Made by a program: the position numbers and the translations under genes
In this document: in pieces, positions 28,958 to 36,471 of the stretch
How the letters are laid out: each line of letters begins with the position of its first letter
Position numbering within the stretch: position 1 is the stretch's first letter
Notes under the pieces: model-generated
What the model was told of the DNA's origin: nothing
Database searches by the model: none
What the model saw: the letters and a program-made list of their open reading frames with translations, nothing else
Source of the DNA: Acidobacteriaceae bacterium
GTDB taxonomy: Bacteria; Acidobacteriota; Terriglobia; Terriglobales; Acidobacteriaceae
DNA length: 64,000 nucleotides
Assembly: GCA_049977105.1 (NCBI GenBank)
Contig: JBMFGX010000014.1
Span: 9,686 to 73,685, forward strand
Reading direction: 5' to 3'

Positions 28958-30324
28958 GCCCAGATCCCATACTTCTTCATCTTGTAGCGGAGCGCGTCAC
29001 GCCCGATTCCAAGCCGCCGCGCCGCCTCGGATTGATTCCCCTCTGACGCGCGCAGGGCCTCTTCAATCAGTCGCTGCTCCTGGTCCGCAAGGCAGACGGG
29101 AGTAGCCCCGTTGGCGTCCTCAGCCGGCGCGTGAGGGATCAGATGCTCAGGCAGATCCTGAACATCGATTTGGGGGCCATCGGCCAACATGCAGGCGCGG
29201 CCGATCACATGTTCCAGCTCCCGCACATTGCCGGGCCACGCGTAGTGTCCCAGAACAATCGATGCCCGTGGGGTCAGGCCGCCGATCTTCTTGCGAAACT
29301 CCTGGTTGAACCTCTTCACAAAATGCCGGGCAAGAAGCGGAATGTCCTCAGGCCGATCCCTGAGCGGAGGAACCGTCAGTTCCACCATGGAGAGACGATA
29401 ATACAGATCCTCACGAAACTTGCCCTCGGCAATGGCGGCGCGAAGATCGCGATGCGTGGCGGCGACCACGCGGACGTTGACCTTTCGAGCCGCCACCGAG
29501 CCGACAGCCAGAACCTCCTGGTTCTGCAGGGCGCGCAGCAGTTTCGCCTGCGTCTGCAGAGGCATGTCTCCAATCTCGTCCAGAAAGAGGGTCCCTTCGT
29601 TGGCCAGCTCAAAGAGTCCCGTTTTGTCCCGGTCGGCGCCCGTAAAGGAGCCACGCACATGACCAAAGAGTTCGCTCTCAAACAGGGTTTCCACTACAGC
29701 CGAGCAGTTCAGAACGACAAATTTGCCGCTCACCCGGCTGCGGCGATGCACCGCGCCGGCTACCAGATCCTTGCCAACCCCCGTGGCCCCGTGGATCAGC
29801 ATGGAGCGGTAGTGCGGCGCGACCCTTTCCATCATGGCGAATAGATCCCACATCCGCTCGCTCGCTGCCACCATCCCCTCGAACTCCAGCTCGGGCGTTG
29901 CTCCACCCGCAGCAGATTGGAAACGCTTCCTGCGTTTGGCCACATCGATCAGCCTCGCCACTCGCTCCCGCAGTACGGCGATCCTGACCGGCTTTTGCAG
30001 GTAGTCGGCAGCCCCTTGACGAATGGCGGCCACGGCTGTCTCCGTGGTGTAATGTGCCGTCATCAGAATCACATCGATCAAGGGATCAAACCAGATCACC
30101 TGCTCAAGGACTTCCAGCCCCGTCATCCCCGGCATCACCAGATCCGTCACCACCAGTCGCGGGTGATGCTTCCGCACCAGTTCCAGCCCTTCCCCAGGGC
30201 TCGATGCCGTGTAGACCGCAGCCTCGGCGTGGGCGAGAGCTGCCGAGATCAGTTCAAGGCTCCCAGGGTTATCGTCGATCACGACAATGGAGACAGCTTC
30301 AGGCATAGAACGTCGCAAGAGCAT
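28954..30324 (-). CDS. sigma-54-dependent Fis-family response regulator (NtrC-type)
   Basis: Receiver (VVIDDN...VVTDLVMPGMTG), AAA+ with Walker A GATGVGKD, ESELFGH and the GAFTGA-like GSFTGA loop, and a C-terminal Fis HTH (NQSEAARRLGIGRDALRYKMKK). Its stop overlaps the convergent receiver gene stop. Confidence 0.92.
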   Translation of the reverse strand: MLLRRSMPEAVSIVVIDDNPGSLELISAALAHAEAAVYTASSPGEGLELVRKHHPRLVVTDLVMPGMTGLEVLEQVIWFDPLIDVILMTAHYTTETAVAAIRQGAADYLQKPVRIAVLRERVARLIDVAKRRKRFQSAAGGATPELEFEGMVAASERMWDLFAMMERVAPHYRSMLIHGATGVGKDLVAGAVHRRSRVSGKFVVLNCSAVVETLFESELFGHVRGSFTGADRDKTGLFELANEGTLFLDEIGDMPLQTQAKLLRALQNQEVLAVGSVAARKVNVRVVAATHRDLRAAIAEGKFREDLYYRLSMVELTVPPLRDRPEDIPLLARHFVKRFNQEFRKKIGGLTPRASIVLGHYAWPGNVRELEHVIGRACMLADGPQIDVQDLPEHLIPHAPAEDANGATPVCLADQEQRLIEEALRASEGNQSEAARRLGIGRDALRYKMKKYGIWA

Positions 30325-30348
30325 CGTATCGCGCGATGCGCGAGATCA

Positions 30349-30399
30349 ACCGCGTTGGGTGAAATGGCGCAGTTGCTGCGCTATTTCACCCAACGCGGT
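30349..30399. repeat. 51-nt nested perfect palindrome / hairpin
   Basis: 17-nt arms ACCGCGTTGGGTGAAAT / ATTTCACCCAACGCGGT flank an inner hairpin gcgcag-ttg-ctgcgc. It lies between the divergent sigma-54 activator and Crp/Fnr genes. Confidence 0.8.
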
Positions 30400-30427
30400 C
30401 GGCATAAGACTTAATTCTACAGTCACA

Positions 30428-30443
30428 AGTGATTGAAATCACA
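30428..30443. promoter_or_regulatory. CRP-type box AGTGATTGAAATCACA
   Basis: GTGAT-N4-ATCAC palindrome, 9/10 to TGTGA-N6-TCACA. It sits immediately upstream of the aaggag RBS of Crp/Fnr gene 1. Confidence 0.5.
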
Positions 30444-30454
30444 AGGAGCCATCT

Positions 30455-31192
30455 TTGGCATGGCAATTGCTATCTCTTCAGCAGATAGAACTTATGGAGA
30501 AACCAATGACCAGATGCCAATTTTGCTCGCACACCGGAAAGCACGCCTTCTGTAGTCTTGGCCAGCAGTCCCGCGCCTTCTTTGAATCCCATTCGGTCAG
30601 CATGGAATATCCCCGCGGCACGGTCCTGTTTCGTGAAGGCGACCGTACCGAGGCAGTGTATGTGCTCTGCTCCGGGAAGATAAAGATCTCTACCAGTTCC
30701 AAAGAAGGCCGCACCATGATCCTGCGCATCGCGGATGCAGGGGACGTTCTGGGCATGAGCGCGGCGCTGACCGACGGAGAACATGAAGTCACCGCGGAAT
30801 CGCTTGAGCCATGCGTCGCTCGCGTTCTGCCCGTCAAGCATCTTGCCACCATGTTGCAGGCCTATGGCGATGCCAGCATCGGCGCGGCGAAGTCTCTGGC
30901 GCAGGACTATCGCGCCGCGTTTGATGAAGCGCGGCTGGTCGCTCTGCCTGGATCTCCAGCCGCGCGACTGGCGCGATTGATCCTGGACTGGACCGACGAG
31001 GCCAGGAAGAACTCATCCGCAGTCATCACGATGCCGTTGACCCATGAAGAACTCGCCTCCATGACCGCAACCACCAGAGAGACCGTCACCCGCACCCTCA
31101 GCCGCTTTCGCAAGGACAAGATCATTGCGATTCGAGGCGTGTCGCTCACCGTGCTCCAGCCCACCATGCTCGAAGAGCTCTCGGCTTGCTAA
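30455..31192 (+). CDS. Crp/Fnr family transcriptional regulator 1 (Cys-rich, FNR-like sensor; CRP-like recognition helix)
   Basis: cNMP-binding-fold core (GTVLFREGD...VYVLCSGKIKI...GRTMILRI..GDVLG). HTH LTHEELASMTATTRETVTRTLSRF. N-terminal C-x2-C-x8-C (CQFCSHTGKHAFC) plus a Cys in LEPCVARV. Start is either the TTG at 30455 (5 nt after aaggag) or a downstream ATG at 30494/30506. Confidence 0.88.
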   Translation: MAWQLLSLQQIELMEKPMTRCQFCSHTGKHAFCSLGQQSRAFFESHSVSMEYPRGTVLFREGDRTEAVYVLCSGKIKISTSSKEGRTMILRIADAGDVLGMSAALTDGEHEVTAESLEPCVARVLPVKHLATMLQAYGDASIGAAKSLAQDYRAAFDEARLVALPGSPAARLARLILDWTDEARKNSSAVITMPLTHEELASMTATTRETVTRTLSRFRKDKIIAIRGVSLTVLQPTMLEELSAC

Positions 31193-31303
31193 GCAAGCCC
31201 TGCTCGCTGCATAAAGAATCCCCGGGGAAAGCCTGCGCTGCCCGGGGATCGCCCTGCCGTTTGGTCTTCAGCCGTTCGGTCTTTAGCTGCCTGGTCTTCA
31301 AGC

Positions 31304-32794
31304 TCAGCCGGTCATCTGACAGGTGGTCTCCAGCAGCAGGTCAACCCCACGGCTCTGCGCAGCGTTTTCCGGAAATCCATGCAGAAGCGCTTCCACCACA
31401 TCCGCCGCATGGTAGTGTGAGCGGCCCGGGGCCAGAAACTGCGCCACGCTATTCAGATCGTCGCCGGCCGTTACAATGCCTTGCTCCACGCGTTGCCCGT
31501 TCCTTACCTGCGGATAGCCTACGTTCGCCATCAACGCGTTGCACAGACACTTCCGGCCGACAGCCTCTTCCGCTTTACCGCCCTTGGCTAGATAAAGGCT
31601 AAGCGGCTCGGCGGCGCAACGATAGCCGATCTCGCCCTCCGGCGTTCGGTAAGGCTCGCGCAAAAAGCCCAGATCGCAGATCCGCGGCCTGTCGGCATAC
31701 TCCTCCGGTTCAGAGTATGTTCCCTCCAGACGCGCAACTTTGAACGGAAATCCTGTCGGCGACGCCACCGGGTCCGTGAACACATGCCCGCTGCCGGCAG
31801 CGGCCTTGGCCAACAGCAACTGCTTGTAGTCTTCCCGTAGTCCAGACTCCTCGGTGAACTCAAACGCGGTTCCTACCTGCACCCCTGTGGCGCCCTGCGA
31901 TAGCGCCTCCCGCAGCTTCTCCGGATGCCCATATCCTCCCGCCAGCCAGAACGGCACGCCCAGTTCGCAGAGCTTTTCGATGTCGACCGCGTCTCGCTCG
32001 CCGTAGATCGGTTCGCCCGCATCGGATAGCTGTAGCTTTCCCCGTGGCGGAGCGTTGTGCCCGCCCGCCATTTGCATCTCCACCACCAGTCCATCCACTC
32101 TGCCATTGGCCTTTTTCAGCAGGGTGGAGGCCAGCGTGTTGGAGGAGACGATCGGTAGAAATCTGGGCCTGGTCAACGGCGCCAGCTCCCGCTCCATAAA
32201 CTCACGCGGATCAAAGTGCATGGTGCAATCGTCGCCCTCTTGCCCGCCCGTCACATGCAGCGTGTACTCCACCGGCTGATGCTGCGCCAGGCGATCCAGC
32301 ACGCCCGGAATCTTCAACGGAATCCCCGCGCCCATCACCACATACTCAACCCCTGCCAGCATGGCCCCATAGATGCTTGGCAGATGAGCTGTCTGGATCT
32401 TCTCCATGTAGTTAATGCCCACCGGGTTCTTGTGCCCTTTGCGAGCCAGAAACACCTCCACAAAGTTGCTCACCATGCACAACTCAAGCAGGTGGCGAGG
32501 ACTGTCTTTGCTGAGCGAACCTGCTACGCGATAGGGCGCCGTCTCCGCCTTGCCCCCGGCCAGGAAGTACGCCCTCCAGACTCTCTCGGCCATCTCCGGG
32601 AAAGGGAAGGCATCCATCCCGCGGCGCATGTGGCCTTGCGGATCGCCATCCTGCAGGCGCCGAACCAGTATCTGGTCCAAAGCCGTTCCTGACACCACGC
32701 CAAGCTGCCCGGTCCGCGAAACAGCCTGCGCCAGCCGCCAGTTCGAGACGCCAATCCCCATGCCACCTTGAAGAATTACTGGATAGTCACTCAT
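31304..32794 (-). CDS. nitronate monooxygenase / 2-nitropropane dioxygenase family FMN protein (long form)
   Basis: The N-terminal YPVILQGGMGIGVSNWRLAQAVSRTGQLGVVSG is typical of the NMO/FabK-like TIM-barrel family. 496 aa. Confidence 0.75.
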   Translation of the reverse strand: MSDYPVILQGGMGIGVSNWRLAQAVSRTGQLGVVSGTALDQILVRRLQDGDPQGHMRRGMDAFPFPEMAERVWRAYFLAGGKAETAPYRVAGSLSKDSPRHLLELCMVSNFVEVFLARKGHKNPVGINYMEKIQTAHLPSIYGAMLAGVEYVVMGAGIPLKIPGVLDRLAQHQPVEYTLHVTGGQEGDDCTMHFDPREFMERELAPLTRPRFLPIVSSNTLASTLLKKANGRVDGLVVEMQMAGGHNAPPRGKLQLSDAGEPIYGERDAVDIEKLCELGVPFWLAGGYGHPEKLREALSQGATGVQVGTAFEFTEESGLREDYKQLLLAKAAAGSGHVFTDPVASPTGFPFKVARLEGTYSEPEEYADRPRICDLGFLREPYRTPEGEIGYRCAAEPLSLYLAKGGKAEEAVGRKCLCNALMANVGYPQVRNGQRVEQGIVTAGDDLNSVAQFLAPGRSHYHAADVVEALLHGFPENAAQSRGVDLLLETTCQMTG

Positions 32795-32929
32795 AACAAC
32801 CTGATTCTTTCACCGAGAAACGCTACGGAACGTTTTAATTTTGTAATTTCATTTCCGCATGCAGAATACCTGCTGCTCGGAGCTGTCGCATTGCCCCAAA
32901 GCGCTTTGTTTATCAGCCTGCAACGCCCT

Positions 32930-32945
32930 TGTGACATATGTCACA
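32930..32945. promoter_or_regulatory. perfect CRP-consensus palindrome TGTGACATATGTCACA
   Basis: 16-bp perfect palindrome equal to TGTGA-N6-TCACA. It lies 136 bp upstream of the NMO-like gene start and 361 bp upstream of the radical SAM gene. Confidence 0.6.
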
Positions 32946-33305
32946 GAAAGGCGGATGGCAAGTGGTTATGGTTGACAAGGATGGCATGGAGTAGCTGAGG
33001 CTCAGGTTCTATGCGAAGGATTTCAGCCACAACGTATCTTCACCGCAAACTGAGCGCATCCGTGAACGTTCCGGGTCGAAGGGCGGGCTCCGCTCTATGG
33101 GTATGAGCTTGCGCGGAGGCGTGCGGCAACTTGCAGAGCCTGGACTCGCACGCTTCCATCCCCAGAGCGCCCTGACGAATCTTTCTCCGCTCCCTGTGGT
33201 CTGCAAGTCAAGAGCGATACCGTCCCAAGTGATCCAAGTACGAGCCACCCGGAATTCTGAAATCCAATCCACGAGCAAGACAAAACAAGTAGGAAGAAGG
33301 TCATC

Positions 33306-34496
33306 ATGACAGAAGTTTCGAGCCGTCTCTTTGTATCCGGTAATGGAGCAGTCCAGGTGGTCCCTCCGCCTGCCCATCCCTCCGCTCGCTCTACACACGG
33401 TTCTGGTCTGCGCGATTTTTCCCAGGACCCCATGCTGGTCTACTGGGAGATGACGCAGGCCTGCGCTCTAGCCTGCCGCCACTGCCGCGCAGAAGCCGTC
33501 TCCACGCCCCACCCTCAGGAGTTGACGAATACCGAAAGCCGAGAGCTGCTGCGCCAGATTGCGTCCTTCAACAAGCCCTTGCCGCAACTGATCATGACCG
33601 GCGGCGATCCCTTGCGCCGCGCCGATCTGTATGACCTGATTGACTACGCGCATGATTTGGGCATCACCGTCTCCATTACGCCCAGCGCCACCGGAGAGCT
33701 GACCTTTGAGGCTCTGGCAAAACTGAAGGCGCACGGTATTGAGAGCCTCGGCCTTAGCCTGGACGGCTCCAGCGCGCTTCGCCATGAGGCCGTGCGCGGC
33801 GTGGAGGGCTGTTTCGATTGGACCATCCGCGCCGCTGAGGGCGCAGCAAAACTGGGAATGCCGATTCAGGTGAATACCCTGGTCTCCGAGGAGACCGCCG
33901 ATGACCTGCCGGCCATCTATGAACTCCTCAAGTCCATCCAGGTGATGCGCTGGAGCCTCTTCTTCCTGATCGCCGTGGGCCGCGGCAAAACCTTGCAGCC
34001 TGTCTCTCCGGAGCGCGGCGAAGAGCTGATGAATTGGATCTATGATCTGGCGCGCGTCGGCCCGTTCGCCATCAAAACAACGGAAGCTCCCTCCTATCGC
34101 CGCGTTGCCTTGAACCGCATGCGCCAGGAGGGAATGCATGCCCGCGAGATTGAGCAGACGCCAGTCTATCGCGGATTCGAGGTCCGCGATGGACACGGCA
34201 TCATGTTCGTCTCCAACCAGGGCGATATCTATCCCGCGGGCTTTTTACCGCTGGCCGTCGGCAACGTGCGCACCGACCATCTCGTGGACATCTATCGCAA
34301 CTCCCCCATGTTCCGCGCACTGCACAATCCCAGCGAGTTCAAAGGCAAGTGCGGAGAATGCGAGTATCGCGCCCTCTGCGGCGGCTCGCGCGCACGGGCG
34401 TTTGCGTATACAGGAGATGCCCTGGCCAGCGATCCCTTCTGCCCCTACGAGCCCAAGGCCCACGCTGTATCCCCATCTCCCGCTATGGCAAGCTGA
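33306..34496 (+). CDS. radical SAM enzyme with C-terminal SPASM/twitch-type Cys cluster (NirJ/AhbD-like architecture)
   Basis: CxxxCxxC in WEMTQACALACRHCRAEA, and a GGDPL motif. The C-terminus KGKCGECEYRALCGGSRARAF...DPFCPY is typical of SPASM domains. Confidence 0.85.
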   Translation: MTEVSSRLFVSGNGAVQVVPPPAHPSARSTHGSGLRDFSQDPMLVYWEMTQACALACRHCRAEAVSTPHPQELTNTESRELLRQIASFNKPLPQLIMTGGDPLRRADLYDLIDYAHDLGITVSITPSATGELTFEALAKLKAHGIESLGLSLDGSSALRHEAVRGVEGCFDWTIRAAEGAAKLGMPIQVNTLVSEETADDLPAIYELLKSIQVMRWSLFFLIAVGRGKTLQPVSPERGEELMNWIYDLARVGPFAIKTTEAPSYRRVALNRMRQEGMHAREIEQTPVYRGFEVRDGHGIMFVSNQGDIYPAGFLPLAVGNVRTDHLVDIYRNSPMFRALHNPSEFKGKCGECEYRALCGGSRARAFAYTGDALASDPFCPYEPKAHAVSPSPAMAS

Positions 34497-34537
34497 ATCG
34501 GCCTTGGCCACGCTCCCAAACAGCGAAGCCACAGAAA

Positions 34538-34566
34538 GCCTCTCCGCACCGCGGAGAGGCTTTTTC
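34538..34566 (+). terminator. rho-independent terminator after the radical SAM gene
   Basis: 10-bp perfect stem gcctctccgc/gcggagaggc with a 3-nt loop, followed by TTTTT. Confidence 0.75.
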
Positions 34567-34716
34567 TTCCTGCCGAACTGCTGCGTTTGCAAATCGGCTT
34601 CTACCTCGCCAACACGTCACAGGCATCTTCCGTGAGCAGAATGGAGCCTGGCGGCAAAAAAACTCCAGCTAGCGCAAACGATGTTTCTCTGAGGAAAACG
34701 CCACGCAAATTCGGCA

Positions 34717-34732
34717 CGTGATAACGATCACA
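34717..34732. promoter_or_regulatory. CRP-type box CGTGATAACGATCACA
   Basis: GTGAT-N4-ATCAC palindrome in noncoding DNA upstream of the cytochrome genes. It shares the 17-nt core GTGATAACNATCACAGC with the box at 34884. Confidence 0.5.
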
Positions 34733-34883
34733 GCCGAACTTCATCAGCCCGCCCTATCGTGATTCTGCAGAAACAAACGGTTCAGAGGTTGTCGCAGGCG
34801 AGTCGAGCTAGGATAACGGCGATTGTTGATTCCAAACGTTCGAACGTCTTCCATCTGGCCGATCCATCTCAAAAAAATACGCA

Positions 34884-34899
34884 GGTGATAACAATCACA
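34884..34899. promoter_or_regulatory. CRP-type box GGTGATAACAATCACA
   Basis: GTGAT-N4-ATCAC palindrome 167 bp after its near-twin. It sits 119 bp upstream of the small signal-peptide ORF and 430 bp upstream of the first cytochrome c gene. Confidence 0.5.
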
Positions 34900-35017
34900 G
34901 CGGCGTTCTGCGAGGCATCGTATCGTTATCCTGCCTAAGGAAAGTGTTGAGAGGCCGCCGCAAATGTTCGGAAATACGATACAACCACTCGTAAGGTTGC
35001 CGCTTGGAGATCTGAAA

Positions 35018-35197
35018 ATGAGACGTATGTTCGTTTGTTTGGCATTGACCGCGTCTCTGACCGCAATGTGGGGGATCGGCCCGGTGTCGGCCGCCGCTCA
35101 GAATGGAAAGCAAGCCAGCGCCGTGGAGACAACGGGACCGGTAGGGAGTCCGGCGTCTCGTGTACTTCTTCCACCGTCGTCGGACCAACCGGGCTAA
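35018..35197 (+). CDS. candidate small secreted protein (59 aa)
   Basis: ggaga RBS 8 nt before the ATG. Sec-type signal MRRMFVCLALTASLTAMWGIGPVSAAAQ is followed by a ~31-aa Pro/Ser/Gly-rich tail. Several overlapping ORFs exist in this GC-rich stretch, so the call is weak. Confidence 0.3.
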   Translation: MRRMFVCLALTASLTAMWGIGPVSAAAQNGKQASAVETTGPVGSPASRVLLPPSSDQPG

Positions 35198-35328
35198 CGG
35201 AGCCACCTTCGGGCCTCACCGCGCCCAGAAACTTCCATGCCAACCTGCTGGTGCTCTCCATGCATTACGAGTTCTAACTGGTTAGCACGGTGCTTCAAAT
35301 CAATCAGATGGATCGACGAGGAGATAAC

Positions 35329-35652
35329 ATGGCATCGAAAGTCAAGTCAGGTATCTTGTTGGTTGCTTTCCTGGCAACCTGTGCGTCAACACCCTTCGCT
35401 CAGAACACAGCAGCGGCAATCTATCAATCGAAATGTCAAATGTGTCACGGCGCGGATGGTACTGGGAACACCCCCGCCGGAAAGGCAATGAAGGTCGGCT
35501 CCTTCAAATCACCGACTCTAATCAAAGCTTCAGATGCGGAGTTGTTCGCAGAGACGAAGAATGGAAAGGGACGGATGCCGGCTTACGCGAGCAGGCTGTC
35601 TGACGCTCAGATCCATGCTGTGGTCGCCTACATCCGCACGCTCCAAAAATAA
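35329..35652 (+). CDS. monohaem class I cytochrome c (periplasmic)
   Basis: ggag RBS, signal peptide, single CQMCH haem motif and a distal Met (GRMPAY). Start placed at ATG 35329. Confidence 0.88.
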   Translation: MASKVKSGILLVAFLATCASTPFAQNTAAAIYQSKCQMCHGADGTGNTPAGKAMKVGSFKSPTLIKASDAELFAETKNGKGRMPAYASRLSDAQIHAVVAYIRTLQK

Positions 35653-36138
35653 AAAGGACGGTGACGCAGGCTGAGAATGGCAGCCTGCGCCATCTCTCGA
35701 TCTGTAGCTTCATCGCGCCTGGGGTTGCAGTGTGGTCGGGTTGCGGAATCTATCACCCCAACCACCCCGTCTGCTCTAACTCCAGCTCCTTCAGGAAGCC
35801 AGTGACTGAAGTTGGCTCCCTTCAACCAAAGGTTGTCAAAGGGAGCTCAGTCGTCGTAACCAGGTAAGGCAGCGGTCAGTCTGCGCTGCTACGTCAGCAG
35901 ACTGACCGGATGCCCATAGGAAACCTGTAGCCGTTCGATCACGCTCTCCAGGAGCGAAGATCGTGAAGACGTAGTTGCCCTTTTCTCTTCCGCTAGCGTC
36001 ATCTTTCTGCAAGGATCACGCTAGCAAGTCCCTCATGAGCTGTGTGATTGTATCCGTTACTATTTAGAAAGCAGAATGGGTGCGGAAGCGTGGCGCCCAT
36101 CAAGCGTTCCAGAAAAAATAACTAACTAAGGAGCAATC

Positions 36139-36447
36139 ATGAAGCGTACTCTGACTCTCGCAGCCACTTCTCTCTTCGCCCTGTCCGTTCTTGCACCTGC
36201 CTTTGCTCAAAACTCAGGCGCCGCAATCTATAAATCGAAGTGCCAGATGTGCCATGAAGCGGATGGTACCGGCATGGCCGCCATGCACGTTCCTTCCTTC
36301 AAATCCCCACAACTGAAGAGTGAATCCACCGCATCGCTCATCAACGATGTGATGAAGGGCAAGGCGATGATGCCCGCATTCGGAAGCAAGCTGAGCGCCA
36401 GTCAGGTCAAGGAGGTTGTGGCGTATATCCGCACTCTCCAAAAATAG
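36139..36447 (+). CDS. monohaem class I cytochrome c (paralogue)
   Basis: aaggag RBS, signal peptide, CQMCH and MMPAF. Colinear with the 35329 gene (AAIY.SKCQMCH..DGTG ... VVAYIRTLQK). Confidence 0.9.
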   Translation: MKRTLTLAATSLFALSVLAPAFAQNSGAAIYKSKCQMCHEADGTGMAAMHVPSFKSPQLKSESTASLINDVMKGKAMMPAFGSKLSASQVKEVVAYIRTLQK

Positions 36448-36471
36448 TTGCTAACTGAAAAGAGGTTAGTC

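Noticed and set aside
31218-31249. 9-bp hairpin atccccggg/cccggggat between crp/fnr-1 and the NMO-like gene
   Set aside because: It could serve as a bidirectional terminator. However, the loop is 14 nt and there is no U-tract on either side, so I did not call it.
36091-36105. Sigma-54-like element TGGCGCCCATCAAGC before the second cytochrome c gene
   Set aside because: The GG-N10-GC spacing is correct, but the -12 element is AAGC instead of TTGC and the -24 element deviates. It is too weak to call.
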